Of a DNA stretch of 64,000 bases, positions 21,062 to 32,631 are shown piece by piece; position 1 is the stretch's first letter; each line of letters begins with the position of its first letter. The notes under the pieces are model-generated. The model did no database searches. It was not told where the DNA came from and saw nothing but the letters and a program-made list of their open reading frames with translations. A program made the translations under genes and the position numbers. The stretch comes from an uncultured Planctomycetaceae bacterium (GTDB lineage: Bacteria > Planctomycetota > Planctomycetia > Pirellulales > PALSA-1355), in the NCBI GenBank assembly GCA_963785305.1, contig CAWAUV010000007.1, positions 1,856,001-1,920,000 on the forward strand, given 5' to 3'.

Positions 21062-22889
21062 TTAATGAGCATGGGCCATGTCGGCCAATTGCACGACCGC
21101 GCGATGTTGTTCCTTCTCCAGATAGGCCCGGCCTTTCTTCACGTTGATATGATCCCAGGGCAGCCGGCCCTCGACCGGAAAAGGGCGGTGCAGCGCCGCG
21201 GGGTCGTAGCCGCATTCGCCGAGCGATTCCCACCACAGGCTCGGTTTGAAATGCTCGCGCCAACCCTCGAGCCGCGAACCGCGGCGCCAGGCCAGCTCGA
21301 TTGCCGGCGCGAGCCGCCGATCGCCGCGACTGAGCACGCCCTCGAGCAAGCTGGTGTCGGTGTCGTGGTATTTCACTTGCACGGCGCCCGAGCGGCGCTT
21401 CTGCGCAAATGTCGATGCGCCGAATCGAAGTATTCGCGCGTCTGCATCGCGTTCCACTGATAGGGCGTGTGCGCCTTGGGCACGAAGTTCGACACGCTGG
21501 CCGTGACTTTCGTGTAGCGGCCGGTTTCCTCGCGACCGATTTTGGAAATCGTCTCGGCCATTTCGACGATGCCATCGAGGTCCACCACCCGCTCGCCCGG
21601 CAGTCCGCAGAGAAAGTAGAGCTTCACCTGCTGGAAGCCATTGTGAAACGCCTCGCGGCAGCCGTCGAACAGGTCTTGGTTGCTGATCTTCTTGCGAATC
21701 TGCTCGCGCATATCGTCGCGGGCCACTTCCGGAGCGAGCGTCAGGCTGTTGCGGCGGCTGGGATCGATCAGCGCCGCCACGCTCTTGAGAGCCTCGTTGA
21801 CTCGAAGGCTCGGCACGCTGATATCGACTCCCAGCGGGCGAAATACTTCGTGCATTCGCTGGACCAACCGCTCGAAGTGGGGATAGTCGCTGGTCGAGAG
21901 CGAGAGCAGCGAAATCTCGGTGTGGCCGGTGTTGCGATAGCTTTCGAGCGCCGCGGCCACGATCGTCTCGACTTCGCGCACTCGTAGCGGTCGCTTGATG
22001 ACCGTGCTTTGGCAAAACCGGCATTGCCAGGGACAGCCGCGCATGATCTCGATCGAAATCCGATCATGCACGCACTCGACAAAAGGCACGATCGGCGCCG
22101 TGGGCAGCGGCGTGCCATCGAGATCGGCAATCACCGAAGGTTCGATCGTCTCGGGCACATCGCTCCGAGTGCGCGCGAGCCCGGCCAGGCTGCCGTCGGC
22201 GCGGTACTCGGGCTCATAGAAGCGCGGGGCATAGGCATAGGGCAGTTCGCGGGCGATATCGGCCAGCGCTTCGGCCCTTTGATGGCGGCCCATGGCGCCG
22301 AGCGGCCAGCGGCCGTGTTCTCGCCCGGCGTCGCGACTGGTTTTCCAGCGATCGCAGATTGCCGGCAAGCTCGGCTCGCCGTCGCCGCTCACGAAGAGAT
22401 CGATGAACTCGGCCAGCGGTTCCGGGTTCTGGCGCAGGGGCCGCCGGCGATGATGAGCGGGTCCGCCAGCGAACGATCGGCCGCGCGGAGCGGAATGCCG
22501 GCCAGATCGAGCATCGTGAGAATGTTGCTGGTACACATTTCGTATTGAAGCGTGAAGCCGACGACATCGAACCGGCCCAGCGGCACGAAATTCTCAAGGC
22601 TATAGATCGGCAACCCTTGGCGGCGGAGTTCGGCCTCCATGTCGGGCAGCGGCATGAAGGCTCGTTCGCAGAGCCAGTCTTCGCGGGCATTCATCAGCGA
22701 ATAGAGCACTTGCAGGCCGTGGTGGCTCATGCCGATCGTGTACGTGTCGGGAAAGCACATGCAGAGCGCGCCGCGCTGGGAGTGCTCCTTGCGCACGATG
22801 TTTAGCTCCCCGCCGAGATACTGGGCGGGCATTTGCACCCGCGGCAGCACATGGCTGAGCAGGTGATCTTTGAGCGGCTGATTAAACAT
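21062..22889 (-). CDS. B12-binding radical SAM protein (TIGR03960-like), two frameshifts
   Basis: YLGGELN, FPDTY.IGMSH, MRGCPWQCRFCQ, VPKAHTP, LPWDHI across three ORFs. Confidence 0.88.
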
Positions 22890-23149
22890 GGGCTTTTTGC
22901 CTGAGTTTTGGGGGCATGGCGGGTGGGCGCCTTGGCGGCGCTAAATCAGAGTATGGCACAATTGCCACGGGGCCGACAATCCGGGTCTTGCGGCCTGGCG
23001 ATGGGCGGTGTGCGCGGGGCCGCTGGCAAGATGCGTCGAGCTTGCGGCGGAAGTCGCTCCGGCGCGGGCATCGCGGCGATCGATTTGCTCGACAAACGCT
23101 TTGCCGCCACGGTAAACTTGCGATCCGCGGGGTGAAGCCACCCCCCCTC

Positions 23150-24525
23150 CAAGTAACCGACGACGGCACGTACACATACCAGTACGACGCCGAAGGCAAC
23201 CGCATCCAGCAAACCGATCTCGCCACCGGGGCGTACACGACGTACGCCTACGACTTCCTTCAGCAGCTCACCACCGCCACCAGCTACACGGCCGCCGGCG
23301 TCGCGACGCAAACGGTCACGTACGCCTACGACGCCCAAGGCCGCCGGATTTCGGAAACGGTGGCCGTGGCTGGCGGCGCCACGACAACGACAAAATTCGT
23401 CTACGACGGCGAAAACATCGTCGCCACGCTCGACGGAACGAATGCTTTAACGAATCGGTATGTGGACGGGCCGGCGGTGGATCAAGTCTTCGCCGACGAG
23501 CAGTTTTCGCCAACCAGCGCTGGCGAAATGCCCAGCGCCCCGGCGCGACGATTTGGCCCTTGGTGGACAACCAGGGGACGGACCGCGACTTGGTGGAGTA
23601 TAATGCGGCGACGGGGGAAACGACGGTCGTCGATCACATCACCTACAACAGCTTCGGCGACGTCACGAGCGAAACGAATCCCGCGATCGACTACCTGTTC
23701 GGCTACACCGGTTTCGTGCAAGACCTCGCGACGGGATTGGACCAAAGCCAGTCGCGCGAATACGACCCCTTCGACGGCCTCTGGACCCAACAAGACCCGA
23801 TCGGCTTCGCGGGCGGACAAGCAAATTTGAGCGAGTATGTCGGCAATGGACCGACGGATGGGACGGATCCCACGGGGCTGGCTCAACCGGTATCGAAAGC
23901 TAGGCTCACTCAGATCGCGCAGCAGCAAGGACTGACGAACGATCCGGTAACAAACCTTCCCCTCACCGGGGGGCCGTTGCAACAGCGCGTCGGTGATTTG
24001 TTCGAGAAATTTGTTCTTACGGCGACGGGTTCAGTGAAAAACATGGCAAAGTTCGTTTCGCCCGATAGAGCTCGAATGACGAATGGGCAACACAATACTG
24101 TTTCGCCCGATGCAACTAAACCCGTGACGCGGTACATCGGCATGCCCGGGAACCCATTCGGACAAACTAAAATAACTTTAGTGAACGGTGAGTTCATTGA
24201 CGCAAAGGCCGTTTCCGGTACGATAACAAAAAGCTACGACAGCTATCAGATGCTTGGATTTCTGGATGCGCTCGACACCACTACGCGAAATTCGCCTGCT
24301 CGCGTGAATAACGGTGTCAAGCCGGTGTTGCTATTTGTCACGACTTCGGACACAGTTGTTAGTCCTGCTGTAATTGCAGAAGCTACACAACGAGGAATTC
24401 GAATTCGGCAAGCCATTGTCGAAGAGACTCCAGTTGATGCGGCAGGCAATTACCTTCAAATCGGGGCACCAACCGAACTTAATGGTGCTGTAATTGGCTT
24501 GCGATCGGCGCCAGGAAAGTTATAG
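23150..24525 (+). CDS. RHS/YD-repeat C-terminal fragment with putative restriction-endonuclease-fold toxin tip (frameshift near 23545, no N-terminus)
   Basis: YQYDAEGNR, YAYDAQGRR, FGYTG, QQDPIGF.GG..NL..YVGN.P...DPTG core end, then a lower-GC C-terminal domain. Confidence 0.82.
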
Positions 24526-24535
24526 TCATAATGCT

Positions 24536-24895
24536 ATGGAATACACGCCACGTCACATTCTATACGGGCTGCAGCCCTACGGAAAACACTTCATTGACCG
24601 CATTCCAGAGTTGCTCGAGCGTTTTCCTGATGAGTTTAAGCTGCCGCGAAACATACTCGACTTCGGTACTGAGAGTATTGCGATTATTGACCAAGCGATT
24701 CATAGCATTGGCGTAGAGTACTGCCTTCGACCAATTCGTTTCTGCGCGTTAACAGCGTTTGTCGGAGAAATGTTAATTCGAACTGTTTCCTCCCGGTGGG
24801 AGATGCGATTGGCTGCCGAGAATATCTGGGAACCCTGGATTGTGAGCCGTTACGATTCGCGCAGCGCCATTCGTAACTGTGTCGAGGAGGCTTGA
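24536..24895 (+). CDS. Putative immunity protein of the RHS toxin
   Basis: Small low-GC ORF 10 bp after toxin stop; position only. Confidence 0.55.
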   Translation: MEYTPRHILYGLQPYGKHFIDRIPELLERFPDEFKLPRNILDFGTESIAIIDQAIHSIGVEYCLRPIRFCALTAFVGEMLIRTVSSRWEMRLAAENIWEPWIVSRYDSRSAIRNCVEEA

Positions 24896-25079
24896 CCCCG
24901 ACGAAGGATATTGCTTGCTCGCTTGGACGATTGGGACGGAAATATTGATACTTCGAGGAGAAGGGTTTAATCGTTAAGAAAATCTGAAGCGATCAGCGGA
25001 GTTGCCGCGAATTTAATATACGAATAAAATATGCATGGAGCGGACGTCACTTGTCCCTCCCGAAAACCTCGCGGTGGTG

Positions 25080-26205
25080 CATGGCGATGCCGAATAGGGA
25101 CGATTTCGCGGGCTCGGCTTCGACTCCGACGGCGGCGCCACTACCACGACGACCGACGCCTACGACCCGGCCGGAAACCTCACCAGCCAAACGGTCACGT
25201 CCGAAGGCGTCTCGCATACGACCAGCTACCATTACGATAAAGACGGCAACATCGTCGAGACGACCGATCCCGAAGGGCAAATCATCGCCGACGCCTATAA
25301 TAATGAAGGCGAACTGGCGACCGAAACCTGGTACGCGTCGGCCGCGGCCCAAGCGGCGGGCACTCCCAGCAACGTCATGAATTACACCTACGACGCCGCC
25401 GGCGACCTGCTCACCGCCGGCGACGACGATTCGTTCTACACCTTCGCCTACAACGCCGATGGCGAGCAGACCTCGGTCGACAATGCCGGCACGCCCGTGC
25501 GCTCCGAACGTCGTGCTCTCGAGCGGCTACACCGACGACGAGCGCACGAGCCTCGCGGCCAGCGGCGCCGCCACGTTCGCCGACACGTTCGGATACGACC
25601 AGTACGGCAATCTCACCAGCGAACAATCCAAAGGGGTCAAACAATCCAAAGGGGTCAGGAGTCATTGATTTAACTGATAACCGGTGTTTGACTCGCGAGC
25701 AGGCAGCGTTTTATCTTTGACGACCCGCCGGATAGCGGCTCCGCTGGCGGACGCCAAGCCGTGTTCCAGTTCCAAACCACCGGCGATGGCGCGAGCGCTC
25801 CCGCGCCCAGCGCGGCGAACCTCACCGATCGTTATTTGTGGGGACCCGCGGTCGATCAGCTTTTGGCCGACGAGCAAGTCACCGACCCGAGCACGCCCGG
25901 CAACATCTTGTGGACGCTCGACGACGGCCAAAACACGGTGCGCGACACGGTCGATTCAAGCGGCGCGATTCAAGACCACATCACTACAACGCCTTCGGCC
26001 AATCGGTCAGCCACACCGCGCCGAACCCCGCCGCCGTCGACGCCGTGTTCGGCTACGACGGCCTCTTCACCGACCCCACCACCGGCGACGACTTCGCCGT
26101 GAACCGGGTATACGATCCGTCGAGCGGAACCTGGCTCACGCCCGACCCCGCCCAAGCGGATGTGAACACCTACCGCGCTTTCGGCAACAGCCCGACGAAC
26201 GCTCG
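25080..26205 (+). pseudogene. Additional degenerate RHS/YD fragments
   Basis: YTYDAAGDLL, YDQYGNLTSE, DRYLWGPAVDQLLADEQ, YNAFG, VYDPSSGTWLTPDP, FGNSPTN in several frames. Confidence 0.75.
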
Positions 26206-26217
26206 CGAATGGAGTTC

Positions 26218-27125
26218 CCATGGATCGCGGCGAAAGAAAACGGCAAGGCACGGACGATGGATAAAGAAGCGCGGCGCCTGGCGCGGAATCTCGTGATGAC
26301 TTCCGCCGTGGTCACTCTCGACACCGATGGCGTGCCGACGCAAACGCAAATCATGCTCGGCGAAAGCGAGGCCCGTTTCAAGGAAGTCCTCAATCATCTC
26401 GACGAACACATGCTCATGGAAATCGAATCGCTGGTCGTGCCGATTCCCAACGGCCCCGTGCGGCCCTTGCAATCCTTTCGGCGCAACGGAATGTGCGCGC
26501 CGGCCTGCCCGGGTTCATGTTCGGCGCCCAAGCCGACCTCAAATATCAATTTCAAGGCGAGCATGAATTCAAGGGACGTGGTCTCGCGGCGGTGTTCGAC
26601 TTCTCGGGTCCGATAAGGGCTCGCGGCGGCGGAGCCAGTTCTTCCGTCGGCGGCCTCATGTTCGGCCGCGTCGAGATCTCGCCCGAAACCGGCGAAATCT
26701 ATAACGCCACCATCGATCTCAAGATCGATGTCGATCTCAATTCCGCCAGAATTCCGCGGATGACCGGTCACTTGAAGGGCGCCTTGCGGTCCGGCGATTC
26801 CTTGGTGGCGCCCGGCGCCGTGCCCAAGCCGTCTCAACCGCCGCCGCCGCTCGATCCCGCGGATAAACGACGGGAATAGGTATACGACAATCAGGGCCCC
26901 GGCAATCAACAATCGGGTAAACTCAAACGCAACGATGACGGGACGTGGACCGAAACGAACTCCGCCGGCGAGCAGCACACCTTCCGCGAGCGGCAGCGCA
27001 CGGAAAAGCACGTGATTCTCGTCGACGTGGAACGCTCGATCGTGCTGCGGTGCGACGAGGACTCGCTGGCGATGCTTCGTGATAAAAAGTGGATCAAGCT
27101 CTACCAAGGCGCGGTTGGGCAAAAT
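26218..27125 (+). pseudogene. Fragmented hypothetical gene (3' part), abutting the RHS fragment
   Basis: Host-like codon usage across successive frames (26218.., 26493..26879, 27012..); no recognised family. Confidence 0.35.
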
Positions 27126-27155
27126 GAACCGCCCTCACGTCCGCCGCGCTCGCGT

Positions 27156-28469
27156 TCACGCGAACACGAAGCGGCCGGGATTCAAAATGTTTGCCGGGTC
27201 GAATTCCCGCTTCACTTTGTTCATCCACTCGAGCGCCGGACCGGCCGTGTCCCAAGCGAGGTCGCGCGGCCACGGCGCGGCGCGCGACGAACAGGCGATG
27301 GAAACCTTGCCCCCGACGCCAACCTTGCCCCCGACACCCGCGCGCAGCCGGTTCAAGAGCGATGCGCTCTCGGCGGCGTCCCCAAAAAGAGCCTCGCCAA
27401 AACGGGCCATGACAATGCCGTTGCCGGCATGGGCCATGATCTCGACGCCCGGATCGACCGCTTGGCATTGAGCCACGAACGCCAGCGTTTGGCTCGGCGC
27501 GAGGCTGGCCTTGATGATGAGCGCGGCCGGCGCGGCGGAAAAATCTCGCAGGCGCCCGGCGAATTCCTCGGCCGCGTCGCCCTCGAGCGACATGGTCGGC
27601 GCGGCGCCCAGCGGACGCCATTCTTCCGCGAGCCGGGCCCGCATCCACGCGACTTCCTCGGCCGCGCCGTCGAGTCCCACCACGATCCAGCCGCGGGGTT
27701 CAATGGACCGCGAAGCCGCGGCGGCCAGCACCTGCTCGCTTCGCCAGTGGGGGCCGGCGAGAAAGTCGATCGACGCGGGACCCGCGGCGCTTGCCGCCAA
27801 GCGAGCCAAGACCGCTTCGGCGATGTCGATGTCCGCCACGGGACACACGACGAGCATCGATCGCTCGGGCAGCGGCTTGAGCTTGAGCGTGACTTCGGTG
27901 ACGATGCCCAGCGTGCCCAAGGACCCGGTGAGCAGCTTGCAAAAATCGTAGCCGGCGACATTCTTGACGACTCGCCCGCCGGCTTTGAATTCGACCCCGC
28001 GCCCATCGACCGCGCGCAGTCCGATCACGTAATCGCGCATCGTGCCATATCCATGGCGGCGGCCGTCGCTCCAGGCCGTGGCCACGAGCCCGCCGAGCGT
28101 CGCCTGCTCGGGATGCGCGCCAAAGACCGGCAACCACTGTTTCTCCGTTGCCAGGACGCGAGCCAGTTCGGCGAGCTTGACTCCCGCGGCGAGCGTGATC
28201 GTCATGTCGTGCGCCGGATAGTCGACCACCCGCGCGAGCCCGGCGAGCGAAAGACCGAGGCCGGGCCGCGTGGCGGGGGCGCCAAAGGCAAGGCTTGTTC
28301 CGCCGCCGAGCGGGTACACCGGTGTTTTCTCGCTCGCGGCTTGGGCGACGAGCTCGGCGAGCGCCGCCGACGACTCAGGCGCCGCGATTTGGCTGAGCGG
28401 CAGCCCGGCGAGCGAGGCTCTTTCGGCCACCGAGCTCGCGACGCTCGCGTTGTGAAGTGCTTGGGTCAT
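27156..28469 (-). CDS. glcE: Glycolate oxidase FAD-binding subunit
   Basis: GGRVVKNVAGYD, GSLGTLG, FDP..ILNPGR; adjacent to glcD. Confidence 0.85.
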   Translation of the reverse strand: MTQALHNASVASSVAERASLAGLPLSQIAAPESSAALAELVAQAASEKTPVYPLGGGTSLAFGAPATRPGLGLSLAGLARVVDYPAHDMTITLAAGVKLAELARVLATEKQWLPVFGAHPEQATLGGLVATAWSDGRRHGYGTMRDYVIGLRAVDGRGVEFKAGGRVVKNVAGYDFCKLLTGSLGTLGIVTEVTLKLKPLPERSMLVVCPVADIDIAEAVLARLAASAAGPASIDFLAGPHWRSEQVLAAAASRSIEPRGWIVVGLDGAAEEVAWMRARLAEEWRPLGAAPTMSLEGDAAEEFAGRLRDFSAAPAALIIKASLAPSQTLAFVAQCQAVDPGVEIMAHAGNGIVMARFGEALFGDAAESASLLNRLRAGVGGKVGVGGKVSIACSSRAAPWPRDLAWDTAGPALEWMNKVKREFDPANILNPGRFVFA

Positions 28470-29902
28470 AGCGCCGCTCGGCGACCGGGGTGGGTTTGTT
28501 CGACTCCGCAGGCGCCGGCCGTGGGCAACATTTTCGCGGGGCTCAGCCTTCCGGCGGGATTGAACGCCGCGCGCAGCCGGCCCATCGCCGCGAGATCGTC
28601 GTCGGTGAACATTTTGCGCATGAAGCCGATTTTCTCGACACCGATGCCATGTTCGCCGGTCACGCTACCGCCCGCGGCGAGGCAGGCGTCGAGTATCTCG
28701 CCGCTGGCCTCGAGCGCGCGGGCAACCTGGGCCGGGTCGCGCTCGTCGAACAACACGATCGGGTGAATGTTCCCATCGCCGGCGTGGAATACATTGACGA
28801 TTCGCATTTCGTGCTTGCGGCCGATCTCGCCGATGGCCCGCAGAATCCACGGCAGCTTGGTCCGCGGCACGACTCCATCTTGCGTGCAATAGCTGGGGCT
28901 CAATCGACCCACGGCGCCGAAAGCCTGCTTCCGCGCTTTCCAAAGTTTGAGCCGCTCGGCCCCGTCGCGGGCTTGCCGCACTTCACGGGCCCCGCATTGC
29001 TGGCAACACTCGACGATCCGCTCCCGCTGGGCGTCGAGCCCGACTTCGAGTCCGTCGACTTCGATGAGCAGAATCGCTTCGGCGTCGAGCGGAAAGCCGA
29101 AATGAAAGGCGGCTTCGACCGCCGCCAGAATTCCGCGATCCATCATCTCGAGCGCGGCCGGAATAATGCCGTGGCCGATAATGTCGCTGATGGCGCTCGT
29201 GGCGGCGTCGACCGAATCGAACACCGCGAGCATGGTGCGCACCGATTCGGGCAGCGGCGCGAGCCGCACCCAGACCTTCGTCACGATCGCGAGCGTGCCC
29301 TCGCTGCCGACGAGCGCGCCGACAAGATCGAGGCCGGGCGTGTCTTCCCAAGGTCCGCCAAACACGACGATCTGGCCATCGGTCGTCACGACTTCGAGCC
29401 CGAGCACATGGTTCACCGTGACACCGTATTTGAGTGTGTGCGGCCCGCCGGAGTTGGTCGCCACATTGCCGCCGATGGTGCAAGCCCCGCCACTCGATGG
29501 GTCGGGCGCGTAGTGCAGGCCGGCGTCGCGCGCGGCCCGCGAAATCCAGGCATTGACCACGCCCGGCTCGACCACGGCATATCGGTCGCGAGCATTGAGC
29601 TCGAGGATACGTTTCATCCGCGTGAGCACGATCATCACCCCGCCGCCCACCGGCAAGCAGCCGCCGGCCAGACTGGTGCCGGCGCCGCGCGGCACATAGG
29701 GCACATCGAGCGCATTGCAAATCCGCACCACGGCCGCCACCTCGTCGGCCGATTCGGGAAACACGGCCACGTCGGGCCGGTTCTTATCGATCACGAATCC
29801 ATCGCATTCGAACACCACGAGCTCGCTCGCGGCCGAAAGCACTCGCGCGGAGCCGAACGCGGCTTCAAGTTGGGCGACCAGAGTTAACTGCGGGGTATTC
29901 AT
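28466..29902 (-). CDS. glcD: Glycolate oxidase subunit GlcD (FAD-linked oxidase)
   Basis: PRGAGT, PDPSS, GSEGTL, HAGDGNIH, GEHGIG. Confidence 0.9.
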   Translation of the reverse strand: MNTPQLTLVAQLEAAFGSARVLSAASELVVFECDGFVIDKNRPDVAVFPESADEVAAVVRICNALDVPYVPRGAGTSLAGGCLPVGGGVMIVLTRMKRILELNARDRYAVVEPGVVNAWISRAARDAGLHYAPDPSSGGACTIGGNVATNSGGPHTLKYGVTVNHVLGLEVVTTDGQIVVFGGPWEDTPGLDLVGALVGSEGTLAIVTKVWVRLAPLPESVRTMLAVFDSVDAATSAISDIIGHGIIPAALEMMDRGILAAVEAAFHFGFPLDAEAILLIEVDGLEVGLDAQRERIVECCQQCGAREVRQARDGAERLKLWKARKQAFGAVGRLSPSYCTQDGVVPRTKLPWILRAIGEIGRKHEMRIVNVFHAGDGNIHPIVLFDERDPAQVARALEASGEILDACLAAGGSVTGEHGIGVEKIGFMRKMFTDDDLAAMGRLRAAFNPAGRLSPAKMLPTAGACGVEQTHPGRRAAL

Positions 29903-30009
29903 GCGCGATAAGAGGGTTAAGCGAGACTTGGGGACGACGGCGGACGATCGTGACTAGCAGTTTCTCGAAGCATGCGACAACGACATTTGTCGATCGACGG
30001 GTGGGTATT

Positions 30010-31557
30010 TCAACCCTTCACCTTCTCCGCAATCGCCGTGAACTGTTCCAGGGCGGTTTGCAGATCATCGGCGATCTCCTGGGCCAGCACGTCGGGAGTG
30101 GGCAGGTCATCGGAGTCTTCCAGGCTCTTATCTCTGAGCCAGAAGATGTCGAGGTTCACTTTGTCCCGCTTCATCAAGTCTTCGTAGTCGAACGACCGCC
30201 ATCGGCCTTCGGGAGTTGCCTCGGTCCAGATCGGCTTCCGCAGGTGGCGCTTGCCGGGCCGGTAGCACTCCACGAATTCATCCAGGTCGGCCCGTTGGAG
30301 CGGGTTCGTCTTTTGCGTGAAGTGCATGTTCGTCCGTAGGTCGTAGACCCACAACGTCTTCGTCCAGGGCTTTTCTTGAGCGGGCTTGGCGTCGAGGAAC
30401 AGGACGTTGGCCTTCACTCCCTGGGCGTAGAAGATGCCGGTCGGAAGCCGCAGGAGGGTGTGAACGTCGCACTGTTTCATCAGATTGCGCCGCACCGTCT
30501 CACCGGCCCCGCCCTCGAACAGCACATTGTCCGGGACGACGACGGCACAGCGGCCATTGACCTTGAGCAGCGTCTTGACATGCTGGACGAAGTTGAGTTG
30601 CTTGTTCTTGGTCGTCGTCCAGAAATCCTGCCGCTCGTAGGCCGTGTCGTCCTTCTCCAGATCGCCCGCCTCGTTCACGATGGAGATGCTGCTCTTTTTC
30701 CCGAACGGTGGGTTCGTCAGCACGACGCTGAAACGCTCGCCGGGGTCGCTGGCGAGGCTATCCACGCCGGACTTGATCGGGCATGTAGAAGCGGCATCTT
30801 GCCGCTTTCCATCCATGCGGCGGGACGCCGCATCTACTCCGTCGATGCCGTGCAGGTACAAGTTCATGATGCAGAGACGTGCCGTGTTGGGGACCAACTC
30901 CCAGCCCTTCACGAACTTCGTCCGCAGATGCCTTTTCTGATCTTTGTCGAGCGTCTTGCCCTGGTGCTTGGCAACGTAGTCGTAAGCGGCCAGGAGGAAG
31001 CCGCCCGTGCCTGCGGCTGGATCGCAAACGGTGTCGTCGGCGGTTGGCTGCACGCAATCCACGATGGCCTTGATGAGTTCACGGGGAGTGAAGTATTGGC
31101 CCGCCCCCTTCGGACTCTCGGCGGCGCTCTTGGCGAGCAAGCCCTCGTAGATGTCCCCTTTCACGTCGGCCTGCATGGAGGACCACTTCTCCACGTCGAT
31201 CAGGTCCACGATCAGCCGCCGCAGCGTGGCCGGGTTCTGGATTTCGGGCCGGGCTTTCTTGAAGATTTCGCCCAGCATCCCTTGCTGCTTGCCGAGTTCT
31301 TCTAGGATGTGCCGGTAGTGGGCTTCGAGTTCGTCCCCCTCCCTCTTCAACAGACTTTCCCAACTGAACTTCGCCGGGACGATGGGCGGCTTGTTGTACG
31401 GCGGCTTCGTCTGCTCGTCGGCCATCTTGAGAAAGAGCAGGAAGGTGATCTGCTCGGTGTAGCCCATGTACGAGAGGCCGTCGTCCCGCAGAACGTGGGC
31501 GAAGTTCCAGGCTTTGTTGACGATCTGTTGGGAGTCGTTGTTACTCATTTCAGCCAC
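30010..31557 (-). CDS. hsdM: Type I R-M methyltransferase subunit (m6A), with one in-frame REP doublet
   Basis: GQYFTPR, DPAAGTGGFL (motif I), NPPF (motif IV), VVPDNVLFEGG; start may be 31548. Confidence 0.95.
   Translation of the reverse strand: MAEMSNNDSQQIVNKAWNFAHVLRDDGLSYMGYTEQITFLLFLKMADEQTKPPYNKPPIVPAKFSWESLLKREGDELEAHYRHILEELGKQQGMLGEIFKKARPEIQNPATLRRLIVDLIDVEKWSSMQADVKGDIYEGLLAKSAAESPKGAGQYFTPRELIKAIVDCVQPTADDTVCDPAAGTGGFLLAAYDYVAKHQGKTLDKDQKRHLRTKFVKGWELVPNTARLCIMNLYLHGIDGVDAASRRMDGKRQDAASTCPIKSGVDSLASDPGERFSVVLTNPPFGKKSSISIVNEAGDLEKDDTAYERQDFWTTTKNKQLNFVQHVKTLLKVNGRCAVVVPDNVLFEGGAGETVRRNLMKQCDVHTLLRLPTGIFYAQGVKANVLFLDAKPAQEKPWTKTLWVYDLRTNMHFTQKTNPLQRADLDEFVECYRPGKRHLRKPIWTEATPEGRWRSFDYEDLMKRDKVNLDIFWLRDKSLEDSDDLPTPDVLAQEIADDLQTALEQFTAIAEKVKG
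30785..30837. repeat. Inverted GTAG-REP doublet (REPIN) inside hsdM
   Basis: GTAG-AAGCGGCA-TCT-TGCCGCTT (+, 30785-30807) and GTAG-ATGCGGCG-TCC-CGCCGCAT (-, 30815-30837); translated VDAASRRMDGKRQDAAST. Confidence 0.92.
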
Positions 31558-32625
31558 CCCGTACCAATCAGAAGTTTCCAGGCAACTTCGATATGTTGCT
31601 TGGGGAACGAGTCCCGCTTTCGATCATTCCAGGCATGGATGAGAGCTGTCGCTTCATTCTGGATTTGTCGCAGGCGAAGGTTCATATTTAGCGACCCAAT
31701 GCACGCTGCCCAACAACTCCAGTCCATAGGCTGTCTCGAATCCCTCCATCAATTCTTCGACTCGATTGAAACGTGCCAGAGTTGCATCCCTCGAACGCTC
31801 ACGGAGGTAGCTCTCGGCTTTTTCGATGGCTCCCGGCAGCGGCTCGATAGGCTTTCCAGGTTCTTCAGAGGCATCGCCAAATCCGGTCAGGAAATGGCCC
31901 TCAATCGCATTCAGCACATGGCGCAGGTTGGTGGCGTATGGGCCGTACTTGCCTTTGACAAACTCCAGCCGAAGCGATTCACCCGCTTCCTGCATGAAGT
32001 ACATGAGCTTGTGAAGCTCCAACAAGGTAACGGCATCGTCCATCAATGGAACCATATACCGTCGCATCAATCCCAGCAGTGCGGCCCGCCCAGGTGTCAT
32101 TTTCGGTTTGGCTGAGGCTGGTTTCATCTCTTTGGCAGCAGGAGTTCCCGCAGGTTCAAAGACCTTAATCCGCACATTTGGCATGTCGCCCAGCGTTTCG
32201 ATAATTCTCTGGCGAACGTCGGCCCAGTCCAACCCGCCCAGCCCACATCCCAAGGGTGGCACAGCGATTGACTTTATGCCGTATTTCTCGATTTCCGCAC
32301 GTAAGGACCGCAGCCCAGACTCGACATACTCGATCTTCGAGTCCCCTTTCCAATGTTTCTTCGTCGGAAAGTTGATGACGTAACTTGGGCCTCCCATACC
32401 GGCCAGCAACGCTAAGCGAATGGTTTGAACCGTCCCAACAACAAGAGAACCGTCTTTGCACGCAGCCTCGTAGACCGGCATGATTTCTGGAAACTGCCTG
32501 CTGAATTGCAATGCAATTCCCTTTCCCATCACACCCACCGTGTTGACGGTATTCACCAGAGCTTCAACATCGGCTTCAAACAGATTGCCTTTTGTGAATT
32601 CGATCACGTTATCTCTCTTCTCCAA
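31545..32625 (-). CDS. darG: DarG macrodomain antitoxin (DNA ADP-ribosyl glycohydrolase); last ~37 aa in a second frame
   Basis: GNLFEADVEALVNTVNTVGVMGKGIALQF, INFPTKKHW, PPLGCGLGGL, KLMYF, YGPY; C-terminus HAWNDRK..WL in ORF 31545..31727. Confidence 0.9.
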
Positions 32626-32631
32626 GTGGAG

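Noticed and set aside
22890..23150. Possible ncRNA or att site before the RHS fragment
   Set aside because: No tRNA fold or matching direct repeat could be identified by eye.
27012..28766. Long + strand ORF (584 aa) and similar long antisense ORFs (e.g. 28490..29887, 56567..58525)
   Set aside because: Antisense shadows of well-supported genes in high-GC DNA.
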